From Camelus ferus (lineage: Eukaryota): a stretch of DNA of 64,000 nucleotides. Made by a program: the position numbers and the translations under genes. Of this stretch, positions 36,681 to 50,816 are shown piece after piece. The notes beneath the pieces were generated by a model, which saw only the letters and a list, made by a program, of their open reading frames with translations, searched no databases and was not told the origin of the DNA. The stretch covers positions 96,784,001 to 96,848,000 of the forward strand of contig NC_045696.1 of NCBI RefSeq assembly GCF_009834535.1, written 5' to 3'. Every line of letters starts with the position of its first letter. Position 1 is the stretch's first letter.

Positions 36681-37969
36681 ATATCAACCCCAACAAGTAA
36701 AAGACCAATTTGATATATATTTGAAAATAGGACATAGGTTAGAATAAAATAAGAAGTAACTAAGGTTGAAAGACTCAGAAATCAGAAGACATACAAGCAT
36801 AGAAAATATAAATAAAGAAGACAAACTAAGAACCTGTCAGTCTATTTTCTGATATAACTGAAGATAACTTATGACAATAAGGTGGCTAGAATCTTGTGCT
36901 AGAGAAGTGAACGATGTTACCGTGCACTTTATAAAAGCTCCCAAAGTGAATCAGAAATATCCCTCTGGTGGAGAACGACTGCTCTGGACAGATGCACTTT
37001 ACGAATACATACAAGTGATTCATTAGGCTGCCGTATGTTGGGAATATTGATTGAGACACAGGGTTGATTGTAACAGGAATGGCACTTTTGTCATTAATTA
37101 TCACTATGGAAAATGGCTTCCATTTGGGGTGGCTACCAAGGACTCATCGGGCATGGATAGAGCACATGTTAGGAAAACACCCTTTTGTGAAAACAGAATA
37201 CATTATTAAAGTTGCTAATGGCTTAATCAGCTATACGGTATCAGGAGGAAATAAAAATTTGAGTATCCAAAAAGATCAACACAGGAAAGAAAGAAACATC
37301 TAAATGTGATAGTATACCTTTTATAAAGTGCGTACTTGCTTTGAAACTAAAACTTTAATGCCTTGCATGAGTTTTCCCTCCCAAGATTTAGGAAGACACA
37401 AAATAGTACCATTCCCTTCCATTCCTGGGTTCAAAACCAACTGAGACAAAGGCACAGAGCTCAGACAGTAAGATACGTTTTATTATAATAAATTTCTGAT
37501 TGGAAGACATGACTTGTGTTAGATTTATGGCCACAACAGGCCTCCTCTGCTTCACCCTTGAATTAGACAAATGTCCCAGCCAGTAACAAGCAGCTCTAGG
37601 CAATCGTAGGCCTGATCTTGCAGGTTTATGACATGGAGAAGCAGAAAATTAATACTTCCGGCAGGCATGTTGCACCCAAAAGTGAAAGAGGAGATGGTAT
37701 GGAAAGGCACATTCTAAGCAGTTTTTTCAAACTCAATAAACAAGCCACTTGTCTTTCCCAGGAACAGTGATGAGGGACTGGGAAGAGGCCAGGAGTATCA
37801 CTGGAGCTGAAAAGAAATGGAGATTCTCCCAAAACATGGACCCTTCTCCATCTTATTCAAGCTGAAGCCTCAGTTGATGAAGTCATTCAGCAACTTAAAA
37901 GAGTCAAAGAAACTGGAAACTTTGGAATCAAGATTTGATACTATTTGAATTTTGCAGTAAAAACAACTA

Positions 37970-38130
37970 CAGCAGGAACACTTACTTAATGCTCGTCATA
38001 TGGCAGGCCCAGTTCTAAACTCTTCACAGATATAAATCCAGTTAATCCTTCCAATCATCCTATGAGGGAGATTCTATTATGATCCACATTTTACAGCTTG
38101 GGAAACTGAGGCATGGAACAGTTAAGAATA
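37970..38130 (-). mobile_element. MIR SINE
   Basis: ttaatccttccaatcatcctatgag...cattttacagcttgggaaactgaggca. Confidence 0.75.
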
Positions 38131-40071
38131 AGCTTCCATATTTTGGCCAGTGGTTCTTCTACTGTAAGTCCCGTTGCCTTCCACCTGTGCAGGATCAGAG
38201 ACCCTAGAAATTTTGGCTTAATTTTCTGCATTTGTTCTTCAGGCAATAAGCCTTCATTTGGTTTCTGTCCTCAAATGCTGCATCCTCCATAGGATTCGAT
38301 AAGCCTTAGGCTTTCTCTAAACTGAGCAGTTTCCTTCCCTGGTCTTTGTATCCACCTTCCCGGAGATGCTCCAACTGCTAAAACTTCCCTCAGCAGAGAG
38401 GCTGTGTATCTGCCTTCTTTCTAATCTTCCTGCATTTGCCAGTTTAACTTTTCTAGATTTCTCTGCCTCCACAAGCATTTGCTCAGGTTGTCTGCAGATC
38501 TCTCAGGCAAAACATGCTCCAACAGCCCACCGGGTAATAGGAAATGAGCTCTTCTCTGTCTCCTCCGTGTGGCACCAGTCCCACTGGGTTTAAAATTAGG
38601 GCCCACTTACTTGCCACTTGTCTGTCCACTGGGTTTGAGTCTGTAAATATACACACTTAAAAGTCTAAATGTACTTTCTTCTTGAATTTTTTTCTCTGTG
38701 TCCCACCTTGAATTGTTCAAGTCTGTTATTTGAACTTGGTTTGCTATCTGCTGTCCCTTCTCTATTAAGAAATTCCTGATACCAACTTTGGTCTTTAGTT
38801 CTTCCTTCTCGGTCTGGCTCATACCTGCCTGCGGACTGGTAACCCAGCCTTTCCCTCTACACATGTGCCTTTTAAACTGCAATCCTCAAACTACTAGTAG
38901 GCCAGCATTTTAAAATGTAGAATATAATTAAATGGAATCATGTATAAGAGAATACAATGCTCATGATAATTATGAGTATTTTTGTGACTTTTTTGTTCAG
39001 ATATGTGACAGTGTGTGTGTACATGTGTGTATTAGAGACCACAAGGTCAGTGCTGGGTGAGAAGTCGGCTGGCCCAACGAGGCCGTATTCAGGCAGAAAA
39101 GCACGACTATATGCTGGGGGAACAGAAGGAGGTCCAAGGAAAGATTCTTTTTCCCCATCAGAAGGAAATGTATATCAGAGGCGACACACACTCCAAACCA
39201 GGGCTGAGGGGCAAAGCTTTCGAAATGTAATGATATCAGATCACAGAAGAAGGACAGTGAGTTCCAATGACCTCTAAATTCATATAAAGTCATTTAGGTC
39301 ATATATTAGAAGCATTGAGTCTAAGTAGGGTATTTTGAAAAAGTCTGGGACAGCGAACTTCCAGATTATATGCAATTTAAGAAGGCTGAAATTTTAAAAG
39401 TCTTGCTGAATAACATGAATGTTGACTTGAAATAAGCAGAGTGACTTAGTGTAGCTATGATGTCCCTCATCAGCACTGGCGACCACAGGAAAAGAACTGA
39501 GAAAGTGGTAGCTCAAGATTGGCCACAAGAGGACGTGGCAAAAAAGGCTGGGATGTGGGTGAGGGGGTTCAGCATGTGGGACGGCAACTACCATTGTGGA
39601 AACCTGCTCAGTGCTGGGCAGAAGGGCACTGGAATAGCTGGTCCCCAGGTGCAGGCTGTGTATCTGTCCACAGTGAGGAGAAAGAGAAGATTCTAGGAAG
39701 GTAATCTGCATCACTTCTTGGGACTGAAATACTTATTACATATTAATAAATAGGAGGCAAGTAAGTCAGATCGAGGTTTGGGTAACCTTACTTAAATTTC
39801 TTGGCTCTGGTCTTCCCTAAATAAACTGGCTATTGCATACCAACTTAGGTGATGGAGGGAAATAGGAAATTAGAAGTGGGAGGTAATTCTGAAACATAGA
39901 TTCCTCTCCCTCTGTTCTACAGTAGTTCTTGAATCTTCTTTCTGCTTTCTTCTATTTTACAATAGACTTAATTGGTTAGTAAGTCTTTTTAAATTATTCA
40001 AGTGGCATTGATTAACTCTTGAAAATCATCTTGAAATGAAAAAAATCTGCTTATTCACTATTGTTGTTTAG

Positions 40072-40712
40072 TGTTCCAATTATCTATTGTGGTGTTAAAA
40101 AATGCCAACACTTAATGACTTAAAACAAAATGATGAATTTTGTTCCCAAATATGCAGTTTATGGGGGGGGGGGGCAGTGCTCAGTGGTGGCATCTTGACC
40201 CTGCTCTACTCAGCTTCAGCTGGGGTGGCTCCAAGGCTGGGGTCTGGAATCATCTAAAGATTCATTCGCACCCGTGTCTGTCACTTGGCACTGGCTGTTG
40301 ACTGGGACCTGAGCTGGGATTGCCTACCAGGACCTCTGCACAGGGCCTCTCCATGTGGCCTGGCCTTCCTGACAATATGGTGGTTGGATTCTTAGGGTAA
40401 GCATTCCAGAAGAGAGGCAGCCAGATGGAAGCTGAATCACTTTTCATGACTGACCTTCAGAAGCATCACTTCCGTGCGTTGCAATCACTTGGGCAGTCAC
40501 AAAGGTCCACCCAAGTTCAAAGGAGAAAAGAAACAGACACTCTAAAGTCACTTGTACCACATTCTTTTCATCTAGGCAGTCACAAAGGTCTGCCAGGCTT
40601 CAAAGGGAAGGGAAGTAGGTAGACTCTTCCTCTTAATGGGGAAATGGCAAAGGGCAGACAGCTGACCCTGGGAATATTGCTTTGGCCATTTTCGGAAAAT
40701 ACACTTTGCCAC
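40072..40712 (-). mobile_element. MLT1 (MaLR) solo LTR, F/G/H-like
   Basis: ggggtggctccaaggctggggtctggaatcatct...gggcctctccatgtggcctggccttcctgacaatatggtgg...tttgccaca. Confidence 0.8.
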
Positions 40713-42419
40713 ACTTAGTGAAATTCTTTTCAAAAATAAAAAAAAGTATGAAAAGTAAAATCCAATTTCATTTAGCTACAGACAAGAAAGTCTGAAAGCT
40801 TTCTCAAATGGAAGCAATGAGATAGATATTGTTACCTTTCTTCTGCAAACCACAGATTTCCTGAGTTTTTGCATCAATGGGAATTTTCCCCTAGCAGTCA
40901 AAGGCATGATTTGACCCTAGATTTTTTTATAGGTGCGTCTTAGAGCAGAATCTGAGGGTATAAGTAAAATGCTCTTCTGCTGGAAGCTTATTTTAGAAAT
41001 AAGTAATGGATGAATCACTAAATAGCTTATGGTTATGTTTTTATTGATTTATGACTCACCAGGTGCTCCTATCTTTCAGGCAAAAATAGTGTCTTTCCAC
41101 GTAGGTGATTTGCTTTATCAGACCTCGTGGGGGAAAGAGTTCTTTGCTTTATGTTTTACCCTGACAAGGTAATGGCTTTTGTCCTGCTCTTGAGAAGTGA
41201 CTAAGATGCTTACTTTGGGAAGACGCATTAACTTATCAAGCTATATAAATTCCATTAATGAAATTATGTCTCCTTGGGCATGATTATCTGAAAGAATTAA
41301 TGCTCTTTCTCAGCATACGGAATTTACTGCGAAGACCCAGTCCTCCCAGTATACACAGGGTACCACAAAAGGGGGATCAGGGACCCGTTCTGGGAGGTTG
41401 TGCTCAGGATTAGGAAATGAGTCAGGTGACCCCAAAGTCCTGAGCATCTTTGTCCACTGTCAGAGTGGAGGATGACTCTCTATATCTCATGGCCTTACAC
41501 TTTTATTCACATCATTTTTTCCCTGCTGAGAGAACCCTACTTCCAACTCAACCATCATCAACTCCAGGAAGCCACCGAAAGCCTCTCTACACTCTGCCAA
41601 CTTTATAATTACTATAAGTCTATCAGAAGGAGCTCAACATCAGATTTAACTACTTATTTATTAATTCAATATAATACTTTCTATATTGTCTCTTCTTTAG
41701 CACTTAACATAATATGTTAAATTATTCTTTATTTTCCTTTCCCATTGGAGACATTGATAATCGTTCTTCCTCTAGTACCCAAAATAAGCCCTTCCAGATA
41801 GAAGCGGGCTTTCCAACACTGAATTCATGTTAGACTCCCCATGGCACTTTTTGAAAATACCAGCCCCTGAAACTCACCCCATATGAATTTAAGTCACAAT
41901 TTCAGGGTGGGGGCTGGGGGGAAAGCCAGGCATCGGGGCATCAGGATTTTTAAAAAAGGATTTTACATCCAGGGCATCCTGGATAATCCAGTGGTCAGTT
42001 GAAATGGGGAACCACCAACATAGAGGATATCCAGCAGTGTTTTCCTGAATGAGGTTTGTCCATGGAGCACCATGTTCTCATTACAGATCCTTGAAATATC
42101 CGCATTCTACAAAATATAAGAATCCTAGCTGATGTGCTCAGTAAGTACTTTCCGTTTCCCCCAGCGAGAATAAAGTACGGACTTCATAGGCAAATGTATT
42201 TCAAGCCATTTTACACAAAGGGTTTTACACAAAAATTATTTCTTTCTCAGAGTACAAAAGTTTAGGTAACAATTTTACCTGATATGGAAAAGGAAATTAA
42301 AGATTCTCCAAATGTTATCATGGCCGACATGTGGTTAATCATAAAATAGAATAATCTAGGCCATGGTTTTCAAATTGTGTTCAGGGGAAATGTTTAAGAC
42401 AAATCCCGTGATTTGTATA

Positions 42420-42593
42420 CAGTTGACCCTTGAACAACTCAAGATTGAACTGGGTCCACTTACATGAGGATATTTTTCAATAGTAAGTACTACAATGCTT
42501 CAAGGTCCAGGGTTGGTTGAATCTGCAGATGTGGAGTAAACCACAGAGGTCAGCTATAAATTAACCTCCCCACATTGTTCAAGGGTCAACTTG
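42420..42593. mobile_element. Tigger2-derived MITE
   Basis: TIRs cagttgacccttgaacaa / ttgttcaagggtcaacttg, flanked by TA on both sides. Confidence 0.85.
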
Positions 42594-42949
42594 TATTTTT
42601 ATTTAGTTTACATAAGCTATATGCCATAATTTAACATTGGTGATTACTGATATATTAAGATATGTTGGTGGTTAAAATTCCTTTTGTGGTACTTCTGCCA
42701 TTCCATATGCATGTACACATGCATACACACACACACACGTACCTTTTTTGGAAATCAAACCTACTTCCATCTGCTCACATAAAACTGTGTAAGAGAGTTC
42801 ATTACTAAAGCATATGTGTGCTAGTCTCAACCACATGCTGGCAAGATTTAGGGGCACTGGCTTAGGGGCTGTAGTTCTCCTGGCCAAGAAAAAAAAATCA
42901 GTTGTGCGATAACAATGCATAATATATCACAATGCAGTAACTTAATGTT

Positions 42950-44815
42950 GGGGGAGTTCCAGTCAAGATGGCAGAGTGGTAGGACCACGAGCTCACCTCT
43001 CCTCATGACTACAACGAAACCACAGCTGAATGCTAAACAACCATTGAACAAAGACTGGAACCTAGCAAAAAAGATGTTCTGGAAACAAAGAGGGAACCAC
43101 AGTGGGACGGTAGGAGGGGCGTGCTTGCTATATAATTGGGCCCCATACCCTCTGGGTGGGCGACCCACAAGCTGAAGATTTGTTAAGTCACAGAGGCCCT
43201 CCCACAGGAGTGAGAGCTCTAAGCCCCACGTCAGGCTCCCCAGCTTGGGTCCCGGCATTCGGAAGAGAAGGAGGGCCAGGGGGGCTTGGCTCTGGGAGCC
43301 TCATGGGACTGGGGGAAACGGAGACTCCATTTGCTTGGGATGTGTACACGGAAACTCATGTGCACCAAGTCCAAGGGCAGAGGCAGTGATTTCATAGGAA
43401 CCTGGGCCAGGCCTGCCTGCTGGATTTGGAGGGTCTCCTGCGGACATGGGGGATGGCTGCGGCTGCGGCTCACTCAGGGGACATAAAAACTGGTGGAAGA
43501 CATTCCTGGAGTGTTTATCTACATGAGCTTTCCTGGAGGCTGACACCTTGATTGGATCATTAGCACCAAGACCTAGCCCCACACAACAGCCTGTAGGGAA
43601 GCCTCAGGCCAAACAACATACAGGGTGGGAACACAGCCACACCCATCAGCAGACTTCCCAAGCCACAAACACCTCTAGACACAGCCCTACCCACCAGAGG
43701 TCCAGGACCAAGCTTCACCCAGCAGTGGGCAGGCATTGGCTCCTCCTGCCAGGAAACTTGCATAAGCCTCTAGTCCAGCCTCATCCACCAGGGGCAGATA
43801 CTAGAAATAAGAAAAAATAATCCCAAAGCCTGTGGAAGGAACCCACAAACACATAGAAAGATAGATATGAGGTGGCAAAGGAATATCTCCCAGGCCAAGG
43901 CACAAGATAAAATCCCAGTAGAAGAAATAAGTGATGAGAAGATAGGTAATTTATCTGAGAAAGAGTTTAAAGTAATGATGGCGAAGATGTTCAGAGAGCT
44001 CAAGAGGAGTACAGATGCACAAAATGAAGTTTTTAGCAAAGAGTTGGAAAATATAACGAATATCCAAACAGAGCTGAAGAACAAAATCCCTGAAATGAAC
44101 AATACACTAGAAGGAACCAAGAACAGACTAAACGAGGCAGAAGAATGGATCAGTGAGCCAGAAGACAGATTAGTGGAAATCACTACTTCAGAACAGAAAA
44201 AAGAAAAAAGAATAAAAAGGAATGACGATAGTTTAAGAGAACTCTGGGACAACATGAAATGCTCTAATATTTGCATTATAGGGATCCCAGAAAGAGAAGA
44301 GAGAAAGGACCTGAGAAAAATTTTGGAGAGATAATAACCGAAAACTTCCCCAACTTGGGAAAAGAAATAGTCACTGAAGTCCTGGAAGAACAGAGAGTAC
44401 CACACAGGATCAACCCAAAGAGGAACACACCAAGGCACATAGTCATCAAATTGACAATTAAGGATAAGGAGAAAATATTAAAATTAGAAAGAGAAAAGCA
44501 GCAAATAACATACAAGGGAACTCCCATAAGGTTATCAGCTGATTTTTCAGCAGAAACTCTACAGGCCAGAAGGGAGTGGCAAGATATATTTAAAGTGATG
44601 CAAGGGGGAAAGTTACAACCAAGAATACTCTATCCAGCAAGGCTCTAGTTCAGACTTGATGGAGAAATCAAAAGCTTCACAGATAAACAAAAGCTAAAAG
44701 ATTTCAGCACCACTAAGCCAGCTTTACAACAAATGTTAAAGGATCTTCTCTAGTCGTCAAACCATAAGAAAAGAGAACAAAAAAAGAAAAAAGAGAAAAA
44801 AAATAGACCTACAAA
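42950..44815 (+). mobile_element. L1 5' UTR plus disrupted ORF1 (43867-44753)
   Basis: Start gggggagttccagtcaagatggc; ORF1p coiled coil, IITENFPNL, NPKRNTPRHIVIKL, PIRLSADFSAETLQARREW; frameshift near 44300 and stop at 44646. Confidence 0.92.
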
Positions 44816-45201
44816 AGATTGCTTTGGCAGTTCGGGGTCTTTTGTGGTTCCTTATAAATTTTGGAATTGTTTGTTCTAGTTCTGTGAGGAATGTCTTGAG
44901 TATTTTGATGGGGGTTGCGTTGGATCTGTGGATTGCTTTGGGTAGTGTGGCCATTTTGATAGTGTTGATTCTTCCAATCCAAGAGCACAAGAAATCTTTC
45001 CATTTCTTTGTGTCATTTCGGTTTTCAGAGTATAGGTAACCTTGGTTAAGTTTATTTCTAGGTGATTTGTTGTTTTTACTGTGATGGAAATGTCTCTGCT
45101 AGTTATAAAATTCTGGTTTTTGAAGTGAAAAAAGAAAGTGAATGATGGGCTGCAAATGGCAAAATATCCTTCTTTTTTAATGGGTGAATTGTAGCCCGTT
45201 T

Positions 45202-45232
<31 letters not shown>

Positions 45233-45340
45233 TGCATCTCCATTATATATTCAACTATTGATGTGCACTTAGGATGCTTCCATATCTTGGCAATTATAAA
45301 TAATTCTGCTGTTAATAGCAGGGTGTATGTATCTTTTTGC
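44816..45340 (-). mobile_element. Antisense L1 ORF2/3' fragments abutting the ORF1 segment
   Basis: The reverse frame gives [21 protein letters not shown]...FLTELEQ (ORF2p). Confidence 0.75.
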
Positions 45341-45459
45341 GTTAATTCTTATTTTGTGGTTGGCTTTATTCCTTTGATAACTATGTAAGTTAAAAAAGCT
45401 AAAGCTCTAAACGTTCTTAGAAACTATGAACAGTACATATATGTAAATTAAAAAATATA

Positions 45460-45980
45460 TGTGCAACAACAAAAAATGATCTAACAAGCCATGAAAGACA
45501 TAGAAGAAACTTCAAAGACATATTACTAAATGAAAGAAGCCAGTCTGAAAAGGCTACAATCTGTACGATTCCAACCAAGTGACATTCTGGAAAAGGCACA
45601 GCTACAGAAACAATAAAAAGATTGTGTTTTCCAGGGGTCTGGGGAGAGGGAGGGAGAGAAGAATGAATAGATGGAAAACAAAGGATTTTTAGGGCAATGA
45701 AATTATTCTGTGTGATACTATAGTGGTGGCTACATGTCATTATGCATTTGTCAAAGCCCATAGAATGTACAACATCAAGAGTGAACCCTAATGTAAACTA
45801 TGGACTTTGGTTGATAATAATGTGCCCATGTTGGTTCATCGATTGTACCAAATATGCCACACTGATGAGGGCTGTTGAGGGTAGGGAAGTATATATGTGT
45901 GGGAACTCTGTATTTTCTGCTCAATTCTGTTGTAAACCTGAAACTGCTCTAAAAAAATAAAGTCTATTAAAAAAAAAAAA
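45460..45980 (+). mobile_element. L1MC-like 3' end with poly(A)
   Basis: tgtacaacatcaagagtgaaccctaatgtaaactatggactttgg...aataaagtctattaaaaaaaaaaaa. Confidence 0.85.
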
Positions 45981-47324
45981 GAATGAACATCAACAATCCC
46001 TTTTAGATACTACAGAACCCTTAACAGAGCCAAAAATATTGCAGGGAGTTTTGTTGTTATTGTTGTTCTAAAGCCTAGGGAACATTTGCCTTTATGGAAA
46101 AATTAAATCCAGGGTCTATTTCCTTCTTTAAGAGATCCTCTAGCCTGCACAAAGGTACGTTAAAAAATCAGGTAGTTCTTCTATTTCAACAAATACATAA
46201 ATGAATGCTCAAAGCCTATGCTGAGAGTGATTAAACATAATAAGTAATCTATGTCAAAACATTTCCCATAGCTGACAGTGTGTCCTGCATTCCTTGAACT
46301 TCAGCCCCTGTGGTCTGGGACAGTCTCACATAACAAGCATCTTTCCCAGGAAGCCTTCATTAACATCTGTGGAATAAATGAATGAGTGAGGAGAGGAATA
46401 CATTAACACCAGAAAAAATTTCCATCAGGTAAAAATATTAAATATCTACATGGAGCAACTAGCCTTGTTCGACTTATTTTGTTTATCCATACTCTTATTA
46501 AAATTCCTCTTCAAAATTTGGAGACTATAAGTTTGCCAGGAAAAGTGTCAGATATTAACACATCGGTAATTACCAGATGCATAACTGGATATAATTGGGC
46601 ATTCCTTGAACTGGAAATACATGAAAGGCTGAGGTATATCTTGAGAGGGAAAAGCCCTAGACTGTGCCACCACCACACCCCTCATCATCCAAGGTTCTTC
46701 CCTCTCACTCACCAGGACAATGGACAAGACAAGAACTACATGTTGAGAGGCAATTATCCAATTTCTACATTAGCTACATCTTTCCCTTATTCTTCTCATT
46801 CCTGCTGCTTGTTCTTCACCATCATTTTACTTCCCATTAGCACCTACTGCACTGAGGAGCAAGGAATGAAAAGTAGTGAACATGACTCAGTCTATTTTAG
46901 ATATTAACAAGCTCACTTTAAAGCACTATATAATAGAGGGTGCTCTAACTGTGGAGAAAAATAACTGCAATAGAGCAATGGAGCAGAAATGTGTCACATA
47001 GCAGGGTGGAAATCACAGAAACGATTTGTAAGAAAAGGCTGAACAGGGCACAGGCAATGTCCTTGCATCCAGCAGAGTAGAAATCCTAACAGCACAGGCC
47101 AGCAGGGAAATCAGCACAAGAAAATCTGAGTGTCACAATTCCCACATCTTCAATCATCCTAATTAGGCTTCAGACATTTTACATGCTAAAACTTTGTGTT
47201 CAGTGTATGTGTGTATGCCGTGTGTGTGGGCATATAGTTCAACGTTGGGGTAGGAAAAGAATTTGTCGTTTTTATATAGCATTCTATGAGTATATATTAA
47301 ATGCACTGGGTTTTGTATTTGTTT

Positions 47325-50180
47325 CCTTTTTTGCTGAAGTACAATTGACTTACAATATTATATTAACTTCAGGGGTACAACATCATAATTAGATATTTTT
47401 ATACATTGCAGAATGATCGCCATGATACATCTAGTTACCATCTGTCACTATAAAAAGTTATTACAATCTTATTGACTGTATTTTCTAGGCTGTATGTTAC
47501 ACCTCTGAGGCTTACTTGGTTTATAACTGGAAGTTTGTGCCTCTTAATACCCTTCACCATTTCACCCGTTTCACCCAGCCTCCTACAACCCTCCCCTCTG
47601 GGAACCACTAGTTTGTTCTCCAGATCTATGAGAGTGTTCCTGTTTTGTTATGTTTGCTTGATTTGTTTTGCTTTTTTAGATTTCACAGATAAGTTACATC
47701 ATATGATGGTTGTCTTTGTCTGAATTTTTTACCTAGCAAAATAGCCTCTAGCTCCATCGATCTTGTTGCAAATGGCAAGATTTCATTTTTTATGACTAAT
47801 ATTGCATTATATATGTCATATCTTCTTTATCTACTCATTTATTCATTAACACTTAGGGTCTTCCATACCTTGGTTATTGTGAACAATGCTGCAATAAACA
47901 TTATGATGCATGTATCTTTTCGATTAGTGTTTCTATTTTCTTCAGAAAAAGAGCCAGCTGTGGAAATGCTGGATCATATGGTAGTTCTATTTTGATTTTT
48001 TTGAGGAGCCTCCATACTCCTTTCCATAATGATTTTACCAATTTATATTCCCATCAACAGTGCATGAGGGTTCCCTTTTCTCCACATCCTCACCAACACT
48101 TGTTATTCCTTGTCTTTTTGATAATAGCCATTCTGACAAGTGATATCTCAATGAGGGGATATCTCATTGTGGTTTTGATTTGTATTTCCCTGATGGTTAG
48201 AGATGTTGAGCATCTTTTCATGAGCCTCTTGACCGTATTTCTTCTTTGGAGATATGTCTACTTAGGACCTAAGCCCACTTTTTAATCAAATTGGTTTTTT
48301 TTTTATATATATATTGAGTGGTGTGAATTCTTTATGTCTTTTGGATATTAACATCTTATCAGACATACCATTTGCAAATTTTTCTGCTCAGTAGGTTGCC
48401 TTCTTGTTTTGTTGGTTTTCTTTGTTGTGCAAAAGGTTTTCTAAATGACGTAATCCAATTTGTTTATTTTTGCTTTTATTGCCCTTGCCTGAGAAGACAG
48501 ATATCTTACCAAAAATATTACTAAGACCAATGTCAAAGAGCTTACTGCATATGTTTTCTTCTGTAAGTTTCATGGTTTTAGTTCTTACATTTAAGTTTTT
48601 AATCCATTTATTTTTGTATATGATGTAAGAAAGTTCTCCAACCTGATTCCTTTGCATGCAGCTGTCCAGTTTTCACCACACCATTTGTTGAAGAGAGTGT
48701 CTTTTCCCTATGGTGCATTCTTGCCTCTTTTGTCATAGACTAGTTGACCATATAAGTGTGAGTTCATTATTGGGCTCTCTGTTGTGTTCCATTGATCTGT
48801 CTGCCAGTACTGTTTTGATTACTGTAGCTGTGTAGTATACTTTGAAACCAGAGTGTGTGATACCACCAGTCTTGTTCTTCTTTCTTAACATTGCTTTGGC
48901 TTTTCAGGTTCTTTTGTGACCCTGTGCAAATTTTAGGATCATTTGTTCTAGTTCTGTGAAAAGTGGCATGGGTATTTTGATAGGTATTCCACTGAATATG
49001 TAGATCTCTTTGGGTAGTACAGACATCTTAATAATATTGATTCTTCCAGTCCATGAGTCTGGTCTGTCTTTCCATTTATTTGTGTTGTGTTGAGTTTCTT
49101 CTGTCAATGCTTTATAGTTTTCAGAGTACAGGTCCTAATCCTAGGCATTTCACTCTTTTTGATGCAATTGTAATGGGATCATTTTCTTAATTTCTCTTTT
49201 TTATAGCTTGTTTTATAGTTTCATGGTTTGTACAGAAATACAACACATTTATATATATTAATTTTGTATCCTGAAAATTTACTGAATTTATTTATTAGTT
49301 CTAATAGTTTTTTGGTGGAGTCTTTAAGGTTTTCCATATATAGTATCATGTCACCTGCAAATAGCAATAGTTTTACATTTTACTTCTTCTGTTCCAATTC
49401 CATTCCAACGCATTTTCTTTTTTTTTCCCATATGATTGCTATGTCTAGGAATTCCAATGTTCAACTATATTAAACAAAAGTGGTCAGAGTGGCCATCCTT
49501 GTCTTGTTCCTAATCTCAGGGAAAAGCATTTTCATTGCTAACTAACCCATGTTAGCTGTAGCTTTGTCGTATAAGGTAATTATTACGTTGAGGTATGTTT
49601 CCTCTATATCTGCATTGTTGAGAGTGTTTATGATAAATGAGTGTTGAATTTTGTCAACTACTGTTTTGCATCTATTGAGAAGATAATAAAATTTTTCTCT
49701 CTCATTTTGTTAATATGGTGTATCATGCTGACTGATTTGTAAATATTGAACCATCTTTGATTACCTGAAATAAATCCTACTTGATTATGGTGTATGATCT
49801 TTTTAATATATTATTGAATTTGGTTTGCTAATATTTTCCCAAAGATTTTTGCACCTATGTTCATCAGGGATATTGGCCTGTAATTTTTCTCATTGTGTCT
49901 TTGTCTGGTTTGGATATCAGGGTAATGCTGCCTCCATCTAATGAGTTTGGAAGCATTCCAGTCTCTTAAATGTTTTTGAATAGTTGGAGAAGAACAGGTA
50001 TAGGTGCTTCTCTAAGTGTGTGGTATAATTCACCTGTAAAACAGTCTGGGTCTGCACTTTTCTTTGTTTTTTTGATTACTGATTTAATTTCTATTCTAGT
50101 AATAAATCTGTTCAGATTACCTGTTTCTTCCTGATTCAGTCTTAGAAGTTTGTACAATTCCAGGAATTTATTCATTTCTA
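47325..50180 (-). mobile_element. L1 (about 2.85 kb, 3' UTR and degenerate ORF2)
   Basis: Continuous antisense L1 sequence; ORF2p fragments such as MNKFLELYKLLRLNQEE and [10 protein letters not shown]. Confidence 0.9.
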
Positions 50181-50382
50181 TTTGACAGTACTCTAAATTG
50201 TGGAATATTCAAACAGACAAAATCACTCGACAAAATAACAGTAGGAATTGGGAGGAGCCTTTAGACTTCATGATAAAATGTGGGCACATGTCTCTCTCTA
50301 AGTCAGGCGTGAACATTGTGTAAGTCTTTTGGCAAGATTTAGGTGATGTTCTCAATCAAATCAAAGAATCTCACAACCTAGT

Positions 50383-50816
50383 TGTTTTGGGTTGAATTGT
50401 GTCCCACATAAGATATACAAGTCCTAACCTCCATACTGTGAATATGATCTTATCTATAGATGATCAAGTTAAGATGAAGTTGTTAGGGTGGACCCTAACC
50501 CGATAAGACTGTGTCCATACAAATAGGGGAAATTTGGACACAAAGATAAACGTGCAGATAGGGAAGATGATATGAAGACACAGGGAGAAGAGGGCCATCT
50601 ACAAGCCAAGGAACACCAAAGACTGACAGCGAAATCCCAGAGGCTAGGGGGCAGGAAGGGAGTCATTTCTTTTTCACTGCCCTCGGAGGAAGCCAACTTG
50701 GCTGACACCTTGATTTCAGACTTCTAGCTTCTAGAACTGTGATAAAATAAATTTGCACTGTTGAAGCCACCTAGTTTGTGGTAACTTATGATGGCAGCCC
50801 TAAAGCCCTCATACCA
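50383..50816 (+). mobile_element. MLT1B/C-like MaLR solo LTR
   Basis: tgttttgggttgaattgtgtccc...gacaccttgatttcagacttctagc...aagccacctagtttgtggtaactt. Confidence 0.85.

Noticed and set aside
43770..44438. 222-aa hydrophobic minus-strand ORF
   Set aside because: Antisense shadow of L1 ORF1.
46479..46907. 142-aa ORF
   Set aside because: TTG start, no motif, composition typical of non-coding DNA.
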